A DNA stretch of 64,000 nucleotides from Halopseudomonas sp. (GCF_036960865.1 NZ_JBALWE010000013.1:5599-69598); one strand, 5' to 3'. Counted from the first letter of the stretch, positions 36,311 to 45,363 are shown. Made by a program: numbers and translations. The notes: generated from the sequence alone by a model not told the origin.

Positions 36311-37091
36311 GACTGAACTGCTCCAGTTCCTTATTGAAATAGTCACTCAACCACCGGGTCAAGTGTCTGGCCTGCTGTCCTGCAGGTTGTGTTTCGTCCC
36401 TGTTGACCGCGACATCATCCAGCACCCGCAGGTGCATCTGAATCCGACTCGGCGGGATATGATACCAAGGCTCGCCCTTGGTCAGGGTAGTGGGCGTGCA
36501 GCTAATCAGTACCGGTGTTATCGCAGTATGCGTGCGCAGCGCGATGTTGGCGCCGCCGCGGCGAAACTTGACGGCCCGCTGCGGCGAGGTACGCGTGCCC
36601 TCGGGGAACAGAATCAACGACTTGCCCTGTGCCAGGCTCCGTTGCGCCGCCGCCAGCACCGCCTCTGGCTCGCTGTTGGTGATGTACCCGGCCATGCGAA
36701 TCGGGCCCCGGGTAAACGGGTTGCGCGCCAGCGCGCCATTGACGATGCAGTCGGCGGCACCCGTGAAGGCCACCAGATAAATCACGTCGATCAAAGACGG
36801 GTGATTGGCCAGCACCAGCAGCCCCGGACGCTGCAGCTTTTCCAACCCCTCAATGCGGTAGTCCGCCACACCCAGCACCTTCATCAGGCCGATAAAGGCG
36901 CGAAAACTGCATTGGATCAACCTGCGTGCAGCCTGCTGGCGACGCTGCGGATCGCGCACCAGCAACCACAGCAATGGCGCCGCGAGCAGGCCCAGCAGCG
37001 CGCCACCCAAGCCGAAGGCGGCAAACGACAACGCTGTGCCAAAGCCACGCCAGAGTCGATTGAGTTTGGCGCTCACGCCAGGCTCCAGCAT
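36252..37091 (-). CDS. PlsC-type lysophospholipid / glycerol-phosphate acyltransferase (ApeD-like)
   Basis: NHPSLIDV (HX4D) and FPEGTR motifs. The start is ATG 37091, or alternatively GTG 37076 with a GTGA overlap. The 3' end overlaps the first ACP by 59 nt. Confidence 0.75.
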   Translation of the reverse strand: MLEPGVSAKLNRLWRGFGTALSFAAFGLGGALLGLLAAPLLWLLVRDPQRRQQAARRLIQCSFRAFIGLMKVLGVADYRIEGLEKLQRPGLLVLANHPSLIDVIYLVAFTGAADCIVNGALARNPFTRGPIRMAGYITNSEPEAVLAAAQRSLAQGKSLILFPEGTRTSPQRAVKFRRGGANIALRTHTAITPVLISCTPTTLTKGEPWYHIPPSRIQMHLRVLDDVAVNRDETQPAGQQARHLTRWLSDYFNKELEQFSHERNPRFVAGIEADDYRNA

Positions 37092-37735
37092 TGCCGCGAC
37101 TGCAACTCGCCTCCGCGAGCCAGCCAGCGCGCGACATCCAGCGGTGCCGGTTCGCCGGGTACCGCCGCAGCGGATGCCAGCAACGGCCGACCTTTTTCGC
37201 GCGACAGCCGCAGCGCCACACAGGCGGCCGCTTCGGGGCCCACACTCTGCTGCCGATAGGCCTCGGGCAGGTCGCTGTCGGAGAACACCGCCAATACCGC
37301 CGCGTGCCCTTCCAGCAGATAGCCTGCGGCCTCCACTAGCATGGCGTCCAGCTCGTGGCCGCACGCCGCCAGCGCCTGCATCGATCGGGTGTTCTTGCGG
37401 GCGATGGAGTGCACGCCCAGCACGGCGTTGTGCACCGACATGGAAAATTTGGCGGGAGAGAGGGGTTGTTGCTCGGCCAGCGCCTGCAACATCGCCAGCG
37501 AACTTTTGACGTCACCGTGCCGAGAGGCGTGCACCACCGGCAGGCTGTGCTCGGGATCGAGCAGGCTGAGCGCATCACAGACCGCGCGGCCGGTGCCGTC
37601 CAGGCGCCTGCGCAGCATGGCCGGCAGGGGCGGCTCAGGGCCCTGCCGCTGGCTCAGGTCATGCCGGCTATCCAGCGCAAAATCCATTTTCTCGGCACTC
37701 CAGGCCAGCCAGTCTTCCAGCAACAGCTTCATCAT
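37073..37735 (-). CDS. KS-like chain-length-factor protein lacking the full KS fold (ApeC-like)
   Basis: 220 aa. FSMSVHNAVLG takes the place of a KS active-site region. It is the first gene of the cluster. Confidence 0.6.
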   Translation of the reverse strand: MMKLLLEDWLAWSAEKMDFALDSRHDLSQRQGPEPPLPAMLRRRLDGTGRAVCDALSLLDPEHSLPVVHASRHGDVKSSLAMLQALAEQQPLSPAKFSMSVHNAVLGVHSIARKNTRSMQALAACGHELDAMLVEAAGYLLEGHAAVLAVFSDSDLPEAYRQQSVGPEAAACVALRLSREKGRPLLASAAAVPGEPAPLDVARWLARGGELQSRQCWSLA

Positions 37736-38031
37736 GCGTCAGTGCTTTCATTGCGCCGCAGAGGGAAGCATTCTACGGTCGGTTGCGGTTTGGTCAAGTC
37801 TCCAGCGCGGCGCACTTTGCCTCGCCGATACGGCACGCTGCACGGAGAACCCGACCCCGCTGCCATTTATATCAGACTTCCGCCGGGCAACCGCGTTTTG
37901 CCGACGGAGCGCCGGTGGATGCGCCAACCAGTTCAAATAATGGCACAATGATCTCAAAGCAACCCAGCAGAAACCAGCCGACAGGGTCTAGACTGGGAGA
38001 GCATGTAACAGCCGTACACCCGGGACACCCT

Positions 38032-39636
38032 ATGATCAGCTACAACAAAAGACGCTTTCTAATCGTCGATGACTTTTCCGACTTCCGTTCATCGGTCAAG
38101 GGCATGCTCAACCAGATGGCTGCGCAGCACGTGGACGCCGCCGCCAACGGCGACGAAGCCATCAAGCTCTGCCGCGAGAATCAATACGATATCATCCTGC
38201 ATGATTACAATCTGGGCGAAGGCAAGAACGGCCAGCAGGTTCTGGAAGAGCTGCACCACGCCGGCCTGATCAGCCCCAATTGCATCTTCGTCATGGTGAC
38301 CGCCGAAAGCAGCCAGGCCATGGTCATGGCGGCACTCGAGTTTGAACCCGACGCCTACCTGACCAAACCCTTCACCCGTGCCAGCCTGCAACAGCGGCTC
38401 GACAAGCTGGTGGAGCGCAAGATGGCGCTGCAGCCAATACTCGCGCCGCTGGCCAAGCAGCAGTACGGCGCCGTGCTGCAGGCCTGCGAGCAGATCATCA
38501 GCAGCCAGCCGCGCTACGCCCCACTGTGCCAGCGCTACAAGGCCGATGCGCTGAAAACCCTGGGCCTGCACGAAGAACTGGAAGCCCAGCTGCAAAGCCT
38601 GCTGGCCGACCGCCCCATGCCCTGGGCGCTGGTCATGCTGGCCAACCATTGGCTGGAGCGCGGCGAACTGGAGCAGGCCGAAGCCTGTTTCGAGCAAGGC
38701 ATCAGCCAGTTTCCGATGCTGCCGGCCCTGTTCGACGGCCTGGCCCGGGTCAAACAGGCCAAGGGTGAGCTGCTCAAGGCCCAAGTTTTTCTTGAGCAGG
38801 CGGTGAAGATTTCCCCCAACAGTCCGCAGCGTCAGGCCGAGTTGGGCAAACTGGCGCGCGCCAATCAGGATCCGGAACGCGCCATAAGGGCCTATCGCCA
38901 GGCTGTGAGCCTGGGCCGCCACTCTCAGTTTCGCGATCCCGAGTGCCATTTGCATCTTGCCGGCAGCCTGCAGGACCAGGCCGGCGATGCGGCACCCTCG
39001 CCCAAGGCCATGCTGGAGATACGCCAGACCCTGGGCGATCTGAGCAAGAGCTGGAAAAACGACCCCGGCCTGACCGCCCGAGCAGACCTGCTGCAAGCCA
39101 AGAGCCTGGTCAAAGCCGGCAAACAGAGTGAAGCCGATGAACTGGTGCGCAATGCCAGTAGCAAGCTGAGCAACCTGAAAACCTTTTTCTCTGCCGACGC
39201 CGCGCTGGAGGTGGCCGACCAGTTGCGCGCACTGGGCCAAGCCGAACAGGCCGACACCCTGCTGGGTACCTGCGCCGAAATGTACGGTGACGATCCCAAG
39301 GTCATGGCCGGCATTGCAGCACAGACCAGCAATCCGGCGATTCTCGAAGCCGGGCAGCAGGCCCAGACCCACAACCGCGAGGGCATTAGCCTGTATCAGC
39401 AACAGCAGTATCCTGAGGCGCTGGAGCGCTTCCGGGCCGCCCAGGCGTTGCAGCCGCGCAATATCAGCTTTGCCCTGAATACCGCGCAGTCGCTGCTGCG
39501 CCTATTACTCAGCGAACCTACCGATGCCCTGCGCGAAGAGTGCCAGGTCTGTCTGGAGCAAGTGCGCAGCATGCCCGAGTCAGACCATCGTTACGCGCGT
39601 TACCGCAAGCTGTGCGAGCGCGTGGAGGCACTATGA
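38032..39636 (+). CDS. Response regulator: receiver domain + TPR-repeat output, no DNA-binding domain
   Basis: The ATG at 38032 gives MISYNKRRFLIVDDFSDFR... with DIILHDYNLGEGKNG (phospho-Asp) and TKP. The C-terminal roughly 400 aa is Ala/Leu/Gln-rich and helical-repeat (TPR-like). Confidence 0.75.
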   Translation: MISYNKRRFLIVDDFSDFRSSVKGMLNQMAAQHVDAAANGDEAIKLCRENQYDIILHDYNLGEGKNGQQVLEELHHAGLISPNCIFVMVTAESSQAMVMAALEFEPDAYLTKPFTRASLQQRLDKLVERKMALQPILAPLAKQQYGAVLQACEQIISSQPRYAPLCQRYKADALKTLGLHEELEAQLQSLLADRPMPWALVMLANHWLERGELEQAEACFEQGISQFPMLPALFDGLARVKQAKGELLKAQVFLEQAVKISPNSPQRQAELGKLARANQDPERAIRAYRQAVSLGRHSQFRDPECHLHLAGSLQDQAGDAAPSPKAMLEIRQTLGDLSKSWKNDPGLTARADLLQAKSLVKAGKQSEADELVRNASSKLSNLKTFFSADAALEVADQLRALGQAEQADTLLGTCAEMYGDDPKVMAGIAAQTSNPAILEAGQQAQTHNREGISLYQQQQYPEALERFRAAQALQPRNISFALNTAQSLLRLLLSEPTDALREECQVCLEQVRSMPESDHRYARYRKLCERVEAL

Positions 39637-40343
39637 GCCGCGAACGTCCAGAGCTGGAAGAGGAGCAGGCGCTGGGCTTCTCCACGGTGATCGCTTCGAC
39701 CGTGCACGACATGAAAAACTCATTGGGCATGTTGATGCAGGCGCATAGCGCGCTGGCCGCGCGCCTGCCGGCCGAGCTGGGCGACAGTCGCGAGCAGGGC
39801 ATTATCGAGTACGAATCGATGCGCCTGAACGGCATGCTGGTGCAGATGCTGGGGCTCTACAAGCTGGGCGTTAACCAGTTGCCGTTGCAACCGACCCATG
39901 TCGAGGTCGAAGACTTTTTTCAGGCCTCGCTGGCACGCCATGACAACATCCTGCGCTCACGTCAGATCAGCGGCACCTATGAGGTGGCCGAGGACGGCCT
40001 CATGGGCTTCTTTGATGCGGAACTGGTTGATTCCGTGGTCGGCAACGTGATCAACAACTCCATCCGTTACGCCCAAAACGCCATCCACCTGCGCGCCTGG
40101 GTGGAAGACGAGCAGTTGGTACTGGCCATCAGTGACGACGGCCAAGGTTATCCGCAGCGCATGCTGGATGCGCAGTCCGATTACGTGCTGGGCATCAACA
40201 TGAGCAGCGGCTCCACCGGTTTGGGCCTGTACTTTGGCGCGCGCATTGCTGAGCGACATCAGCGCAACGGAGTGCGGGGGCGTATCGCCATAAGCAATGA
40301 CAGTGAACTGGGTGGTGGGGAGTTTCGGATTTATTTGCCTTGA
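39633..40343 (+). CDS. Cytoplasmic histidine kinase without a sensor domain
   Basis: ATGA overlap with the regulator. H-box is STVHDMKNSL; N box is NVINNSIRY; G boxes are DDGQGY and GSTGLGLYF. No TM segments. Confidence 0.75.
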   Translation: MSRERPELEEEQALGFSTVIASTVHDMKNSLGMLMQAHSALAARLPAELGDSREQGIIEYESMRLNGMLVQMLGLYKLGVNQLPLQPTHVEVEDFFQASLARHDNILRSRQISGTYEVAEDGLMGFFDAELVDSVVGNVINNSIRYAQNAIHLRAWVEDEQLVLAISDDGQGYPQRMLDAQSDYVLGINMSSGSTGLGLYFGARIAERHQRNGVRGRIAISNDSELGGGEFRIYLP

Positions 40344-40640
40344 TCGGCGGGCCGCTGTAGGCCGGAGTCAATCAATTTGGCAAACAGACCGGAAGCGGCC
40401 TCTGGTTTTCATCAGCTCTACGGGTAGCTCCCTGTCGCTTTCGCCTCTAGGCGAGCCAAGGGCACCCCGCTGCGCGGCCCTGCGGGTTCGCTGCGTTGCT
40501 CAAGCTGCCGGGGGAGTGCGCAAACTCGCTCCGCTCAGACATCGCGCGCCCCTTTTTCCCGGCAGCTCTGCGCTACTCGCCCGCTCAGAGGGGATTTCTG
40601 CCCCGTGCATTGGTCGAGCTGTTCGTCAAAAGCTATACGG
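40344..40640. repeat. Structured GC-rich intergenic element (REP/MITE-like), non-coding
   Basis: About 300 bp between convergent genes. It contains nested inverted repeats, for example gctgccggg (40504-40512) with cccggcagc (40558-40566), and ctctg...cagag (40567-40590). The ORF-track peptides here have low-complexity, non-protein-like composition. Confidence 0.4.
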
Positions 40641-40641
40641 G

Positions 40642-43600
40642 TCAACGCGGCATCATCCGCACGCCTTCCAACTCACTCAACGGCTGCGGCCGACCCAGGT
40701 GATAGCCCTGTGCATAGTCCACACCCAGCTCGCGTAGCTGATCCAGGATCGCCTCGTTCTCGACGAACTCGGCCACGGTTTCCAGCCCCATTTCGTGGCC
40801 GATGGTATTGATCGAGGCCACCATGGCGCGGGCGATGGGGTCGTCGGCGATATCCTTGACGAACACGCCGTCGATTTTCAGGTAATCCACCGGCAGCGAC
40901 TTGAGATAGGCAAAGGACGACAGCCCGGAGCCAAAATCGTCCAGCGCGAACTTGCAGCCGATCACCTTCAGCTGCTGCATGAAGGTGACCGCCTTGGCCA
41001 GATTGGCGATAGCGCTGGTTTCGGTGATTTCAAAACAGATGCTTTGCGGCGGTACCGCGTGGCGCTCGATGGCGTCCAGTACAAAGGCAAGAAAGCTCTC
41101 CTCGACCAGGGAAGCGGCCGACAGGTTGATCGAGTAGTTGCCAATGTCGCCGTTGCGGCGCCGATTGTAGTCGCCGACCCAGGCGAGGAAGTTGCCCACC
41201 ACCCAGCGGTCGATGGCTGAGGCCAGGTCATAACGCTCCGCAGCGGGCATGAAGGCACCCGGCGGAATAATGCGACCGTCATCGCCCAACATGCGTACCA
41301 GCACCTCGTAACCCGGCACGGTCTGCTGCTGACTGATCGGATGGATCGGCTGGACGTACAAACGCATCAGGTCACCGTCCAACGCATTACGCAGGCGGTT
41401 CACCCACATCATTTCGCCACGCCGCTCCAGCAGCTGCGCGTCGTCCGCCTGGTACAGGTGAATACGGTTGCGACCCGCCTCCTTGGCCGCGTAGCAGGCA
41501 CTGTCGGCGGCGCTGAGCAGCACGTCCATGGTCGCCATCTGCTCTTCGACCGACACCAGGCCAATACTGACACCTACGGCAAAGGTCTTGTCCTGCCAAC
41601 TGAAGCGAAACTCCTCTACCAGCGCGCGAATACCGTCGACAATCGGAATCGCCTCCTCCAGCGAGCAACCGGATAGCAGCAGGCCGAACTCGTCGCCGCC
41701 GAGGCGGGCCAATACGTCGCTGCTGCGCACGTGCGCCTGAAACAGCTTGGCCAGCTGCCGCAGCAGTTCGTCACCGGCGGCATGGCCACAGGTGTCGTTG
41801 ACGATCTTGAACTGGTCCAGATCCATATAGCAGAGCACCTGATCGCCGCGCTCGTGGGGCTGTTTGGTCAGCGCCATGGCGACCCGCCGCTCGAACTCCT
41901 TGCGGTTGCTCAGCCCGGTCAGGGTGTCGTGCGCCGCCTGGTGCGACAGCTCGCGGGCCAGACGCCGGTTGACCGTTACATCGCGAAAGGTCAGCACAGC
42001 GCCAATGATGTGGCCTTCGGCATCCCGTATCGGCGCCACCGCATCCTGAATGGTCACCTCGCTGCCGTCGCGCCGCCGCAACTGACACATGGCACCGTCT
42101 TCCCGCGCCAAAGCCTGGCGGTAACGCCGCAGCAGCGCCGTCACCGGATTGCCCAGACGCTCGCCGTCCGCTTCGTCGTACAGGCAATAGACATCGTCCA
42201 GCGAGCGCCCGGCGGCTTCTTCCTCGCTCCAGCCGGTCAACTTCTGCGCTACCGGATTGAGGTAACGCACGCGGGCGTCCGGCCCGGTGGTGATCACCCC
42301 GTCACCAATCGAGGCCAGTGTCACCTGCGCCAACATCTTTTCCTGAAACAGCTGCTGCTCAATGCGCCGCCGCTCGGTGATGTCGCGAATCATGCAGGTA
42401 TACACATCATCATCGAAGGCGCCGCGGCTGACCGTCAGCTCCGCCACAAACTGATCGTGCTCGTTTCGGCTGAACAGCACCTCGCGCATCATTTCGCTTC
42501 CGGCGTCGGGCAGCGGCATGCCTTGCCAGCTGCGGTCAGCCACCAGGCGCTCGATCGGCTGCCCGATCAGAGCCCCGGCAGACATGCCGAACAGTCGCTC
42601 GGCGCCCGGATTGCAGCTGGCCAGCACGCCATCGCGGCTGCAGGTGACCACACCGTCACGGATATCGCGAATGATGCTCTGGGTCGTTCCCACCGCCCGC
42701 CGCAAGGCATGAATGACCTTGTTGTACTGGGCAGCAATCTGACCGACCTCGGTAAAGGGCTCGACCGGCACGTCCTGCTGCATGTCACCGGCCTGCTGGT
42801 GCGCCGCCATGGCTTCCAGCAACTCGATCAACTCGGTGCGCGCGCCATGCTCTGCAATGTTCAAGCCCTGACGTTCCGCCTCCTCGGTGACCCGCATCGG
42901 CCAGAATCGATTGATCCCGCGCAGCAGAATCCAGGTCAGGCCAAAGGCCCAGAGCGCGGCGACCAGCACCCCTTCAACCTGCGCGATCAACTGCTCGAAA
43001 CGCGTCAGACCAGTGCCCAACAGGGTTAGGTCACCAAACAGCGCCACCGCCAGCGTGCCCCAGATGCCAGCTGCCAGATGCACCGGCACCGCGCCCACGG
43101 CATCGTCGATGCGCAGGTGCGTAAGCAGGCGATCAGCAAAATACATCACCACCGCGCCACCGAGACCAATCAGTACCGAGGCACCAGCGTCCACCACGTG
43201 TGCACCGGCGGTCACCGCCACCATGCCGGCAATCAGTCCGTTCAGCGGATAGACCGGATCAACCAGCCGCCAGCGCAACCACGACATGATCATGCCGCCG
43301 AGGGTACCGGCGATTGCCGCCAGCACGGTGTTGGCGATGATGCCTGGCACCCGACCATCAAAGGCCAGCGCGCTGCCGCCGTTGAAGCCGAACCAGCCGA
43401 ACATCAGCATCAGCGCGCCGAGCATTGCCAACGGCAGGTTTGAGCCAGGCATGCTGCGGCCCTCGCGATCCTGCTCGTAGCGTCCCTGCCGTGGGCCGAG
43501 AATCAGAATCACCGCCAGGGCTATCCAGCCGCCAATGCCATGCACCACCGTAGACCCGGCGAAATCGACAAAGCCACGATTGGCCAACCAGCCTTCGCCG

Positions 43601-44040
43601 TCACTGAAGCTACCGCCCCAGGCCCAATGGCCAAAAAATGGATAGATCAGGCCCGCGGCGATGGCGGTGACCAACAGATAGGCACTGAACCGCATGCGTT
43701 CGGCCGCGGCGCCGGAGACGATGGTCGCCGCGGTAGTGCAGAACATGGCCTGAAAGAGGAAGAAGGCGGCCTGCCAGGTATCGTTGAATGACAGCATATT
43801 GAAGCCGTTGCCGAACAGGCCGGTCGAGCTGACGCCAAACATCAGGCTGAAGCCGAACAACCAGTAAAGGAACACGGCCAGACCCAGGTCAGCCATGTTC
43901 TTCACCGCCACATTGATCGCGTTCTTGCTGCGGGTAAGCCCCGACTCCAGGCAGAGAAAGCCGATCTGCATGTTGAATACCAGCCCCGCACAGAGCACAA
44001 GCCACAGAACATCAATCATTGAGACGGGCATAGTCGACAC
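40642..44040 (-). CDS. Ammonium-transporter (Amt) domain fused to PAS-PAS-GGDEF-EAL
   Basis: aa 1-380 form an Amt fold with the pore residues (FGHWAWGG, VDFAGSTVVHGIGG, FGWFGFNGGSA, AVPVHLAAGIWG). Two PAS-like segments occupy about aa 445-695. The GGDEF motif is RLGGDEFGLL (aa 780-784). The EAL domain has EVLVRM, NLS, EITE, DDFGSGLSS, KID, EFVE, QGY. Confidence 0.9.
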   Translation of the reverse strand: MSTMPVSMIDVLWLVLCAGLVFNMQIGFLCLESGLTRSKNAINVAVKNMADLGLAVFLYWLFGFSLMFGVSSTGLFGNGFNMLSFNDTWQAAFFLFQAMFCTTAATIVSGAAAERMRFSAYLLVTAIAAGLIYPFFGHWAWGGSFSDGEGWLANRGFVDFAGSTVVHGIGGWIALAVILILGPRQGRYEQDREGRSMPGSNLPLAMLGALMLMFGWFGFNGGSALAFDGRVPGIIANTVLAAIAGTLGGMIMSWLRWRLVDPVYPLNGLIAGMVAVTAGAHVVDAGASVLIGLGGAVVMYFADRLLTHLRIDDAVGAVPVHLAAGIWGTLAVALFGDLTLLGTGLTRFEQLIAQVEGVLVAALWAFGLTWILLRGINRFWPMRVTEEAERQGLNIAEHGARTELIELLEAMAAHQQAGDMQQDVPVEPFTEVGQIAAQYNKVIHALRRAVGTTQSIIRDIRDGVVTCSRDGVLASCNPGAERLFGMSAGALIGQPIERLVADRSWQGMPLPDAGSEMMREVLFSRNEHDQFVAELTVSRGAFDDDVYTCMIRDITERRRIEQQLFQEKMLAQVTLASIGDGVITTGPDARVRYLNPVAQKLTGWSEEEAAGRSLDDVYCLYDEADGERLGNPVTALLRRYRQALAREDGAMCQLRRRDGSEVTIQDAVAPIRDAEGHIIGAVLTFRDVTVNRRLARELSHQAAHDTLTGLSNRKEFERRVAMALTKQPHERGDQVLCYMDLDQFKIVNDTCGHAAGDELLRQLAKLFQAHVRSSDVLARLGGDEFGLLLSGCSLEEAIPIVDGIRALVEEFRFSWQDKTFAVGVSIGLVSVEEQMATMDVLLSAADSACYAAKEAGRNRIHLYQADDAQLLERRGEMMWVNRLRNALDGDLMRLYVQPIHPISQQQTVPGYEVLVRMLGDDGRIIPPGAFMPAAERYDLASAIDRWVVGNFLAWVGDYNRRRNGDIGNYSINLSAASLVEESFLAFVLDAIERHAVPPQSICFEITETSAIANLAKAVTFMQQLKVIGCKFALDDFGSGLSSFAYLKSLPVDYLKIDGVFVKDIADDPIARAMVASINTIGHEMGLETVAEFVENEAILDQLRELGVDYAQGYHLGRPQPLSELEGVRMMPR

Positions 44041-44340
44041 CTGATCCGATTCGAAACTGGCACTTTGATAGCGCGCTAATTATGGCAACGCCCTGTATTG
44101 GGGCGACCGCAGTGCAAATGCGGCTCCGCCGACTCAGGACAGTGCAGCCAATGCAGTTTTTGTACCAAAAGGTGTCGAAACGTCAGCAAGTCGTCGCCAT
44201 AAAACCGCAACGGGCGCAAAACAGGCGCAAAACAGGCGCAAGAGGTAGATTGCAGAAGGGGGAAGGAGGCAGGGAAAAGTGTGACGCAGTTATCACTGGG
44301 CGACCTTCAGGCCGCCCAGTAATGGCTCAGCGCGGAAAAA

Positions 44341-45363
44341 TCAGTCTGCGATATGCACCAATTGCTTGCCGAAGTTCTTGCCCTTGAGCATGCCCTTGAA
44401 GGCTTCAACCGCATTGTCCAGACCTTCAGCGACGGTTTCGCTGTACTTCAGCTCACCTGAAGCTACCTGACCGGCCAGCAGCGCAGTGATTTCCTGATGC
44501 TTGTCCTGCCACTCGGTGACCAGGAAGAAACGATGCTCCGGCTTGGGATCAAGTGCACCGAAGATGTGGAATGGGGTTTCTACCTTGCTCTGGTCAGCTT
44601 CGTTATAAGCCGATACGTAACCGCAGATCGGCACCCGGGCGCCCGGGTTGATCAGCTTGGCCACCGCCTTGGCGACGTCACCACCAACGTTCTCGAAATA
44701 CACGTCGATGCCGTCCGGGCAGGCAGCTGCCAGGTCTGCGTCCAGGTTACCGGCCTTGTAGTCGATGCAGGCATCAAAGCCCAGCTCCTCCACCACGTAC
44801 TTGCACTTCTCGGGGCCGCCGGCAATACCTACCACGCGGCAGCCTTCCTTCTTGGCAGTCTGACCTACCACGGTACCCACCGGGCCTGAGGCCGCAGCCA
44901 CCACCACGGTTTCACCGGCTTTCGGCTTACCGACGTACATCAGACCGCAATAACCGGTGCGGCCCGGCATGCCGGCCACGCCCAGATAGGTTTGCAGCGG
45001 AGCGCCCTGATCCTTGATCTTGTACACCATCGGAGCATCACCGGGGATGATGCAGTACTCCTGCCAGCCGGTATAGGCGGTTACCACATCACCCACCGCA
45101 TAGTTGGCGGATTTGCTCTCGACTACGCGGCCAATACTTTCACCGACGATGGGCGCGCCGATTTCAATCGGGTCCATGTAACCCTTGCTGTCGTTCATGC
45201 GCGGGCGCATGTAGGGATCAAGCGACAGCCACAGGGTTTGCAGCAGCACTTCACCGTCTTTCAGCGCGCGGACCGGCTCTTCCTTGATGACCAGATCGCC
45301 ATCCTGGATTTCGCCCTGCGGGCGCTGGTTGAGTACGACTTTACGATTGGTATGGGCAGACAT
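44341..45363 (-). CDS. NADP-dependent medium-chain oxidoreductase (YncB/CurA / alkenal reductase type)
   Basis: LSLDPYMRPRM and AASGPVGTVVGQ (nucleotide loop). 340 aa. Confidence 0.8.
   Translation of the reverse strand: MSAHTNRKVVLNQRPQGEIQDGDLVIKEEPVRALKDGEVLLQTLWLSLDPYMRPRMNDSKGYMDPIEIGAPIVGESIGRVVESKSANYAVGDVVTAYTGWQEYCIIPGDAPMVYKIKDQGAPLQTYLGVAGMPGRTGYCGLMYVGKPKAGETVVVAAASGPVGTVVGQTAKKEGCRVVGIAGGPEKCKYVVEELGFDACIDYKAGNLDADLAAACPDGIDVYFENVGGDVAKAVAKLINPGARVPICGYVSAYNEADQSKVETPFHIFGALDPKPEHRFFLVTEWQDKHQEITALLAGQVASGELKYSETVAEGLDNAVEAFKGMLKGKNFGKQLVHIAD

Larger units (their letters stand above)
21680..37735 (-). other. Aryl-polyene-type (ape-like) type II PKS / lipid-anchored pigment biosynthetic gene cluster, 18 co-directional genes
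   Basis: The gene content and order match the ApeC-to-ApeR layout as I recall it from E. coli and Xenorhabdus: CLF, PlsC-like AT, 2 ACPs, membrane protein, AMP-ligase, GT2, thioesterase, LolA-like, MMPL, DUF3261, KS, DH, KR, KS. Extra genes are an LpxL-like AT, an ammonia-lyase and a halogenase-like gene. Most junctions are short overlaps of 1-16 nt (ATGA, GTGA, TTGA, TGATG); two are longer (26 and 59 nt) and three are short gaps. Confidence 0.8.

Noticed and set aside
37940-37960. TGGCAC-N5-TCTC motif upstream of the REC-TPR gene as an RpoN promoter
   Set aside because: The -12 element lacks the invariant GC dinucleotide.
38089-39402. 437-aa minus-strand ORF, and the 432-aa plus-strand ORF at 41731-43029
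   Set aside because: They are antisense to the REC-TPR regulator and to the Amt-GGDEF-EAL gene respectively. No motifs; repetitive Gln/Ala/Gly/Leu composition.
44213-44242. Tandem 11-nt repeat as a CRISPR or VNTR locus
   Set aside because: There are only 2.7 contiguous copies, with no spacers and no cas genes. It is too short for either call.
44082-44387. 101-aa plus-strand ORF in the intergenic region upstream of the Amt-fusion gene
   Set aside because: The sequence is highly basic (Arg/Lys/Gln-rich) and crosses a tandem repeat. It also runs into the 3' end of the convergent oxidoreductase gene. No RBS.
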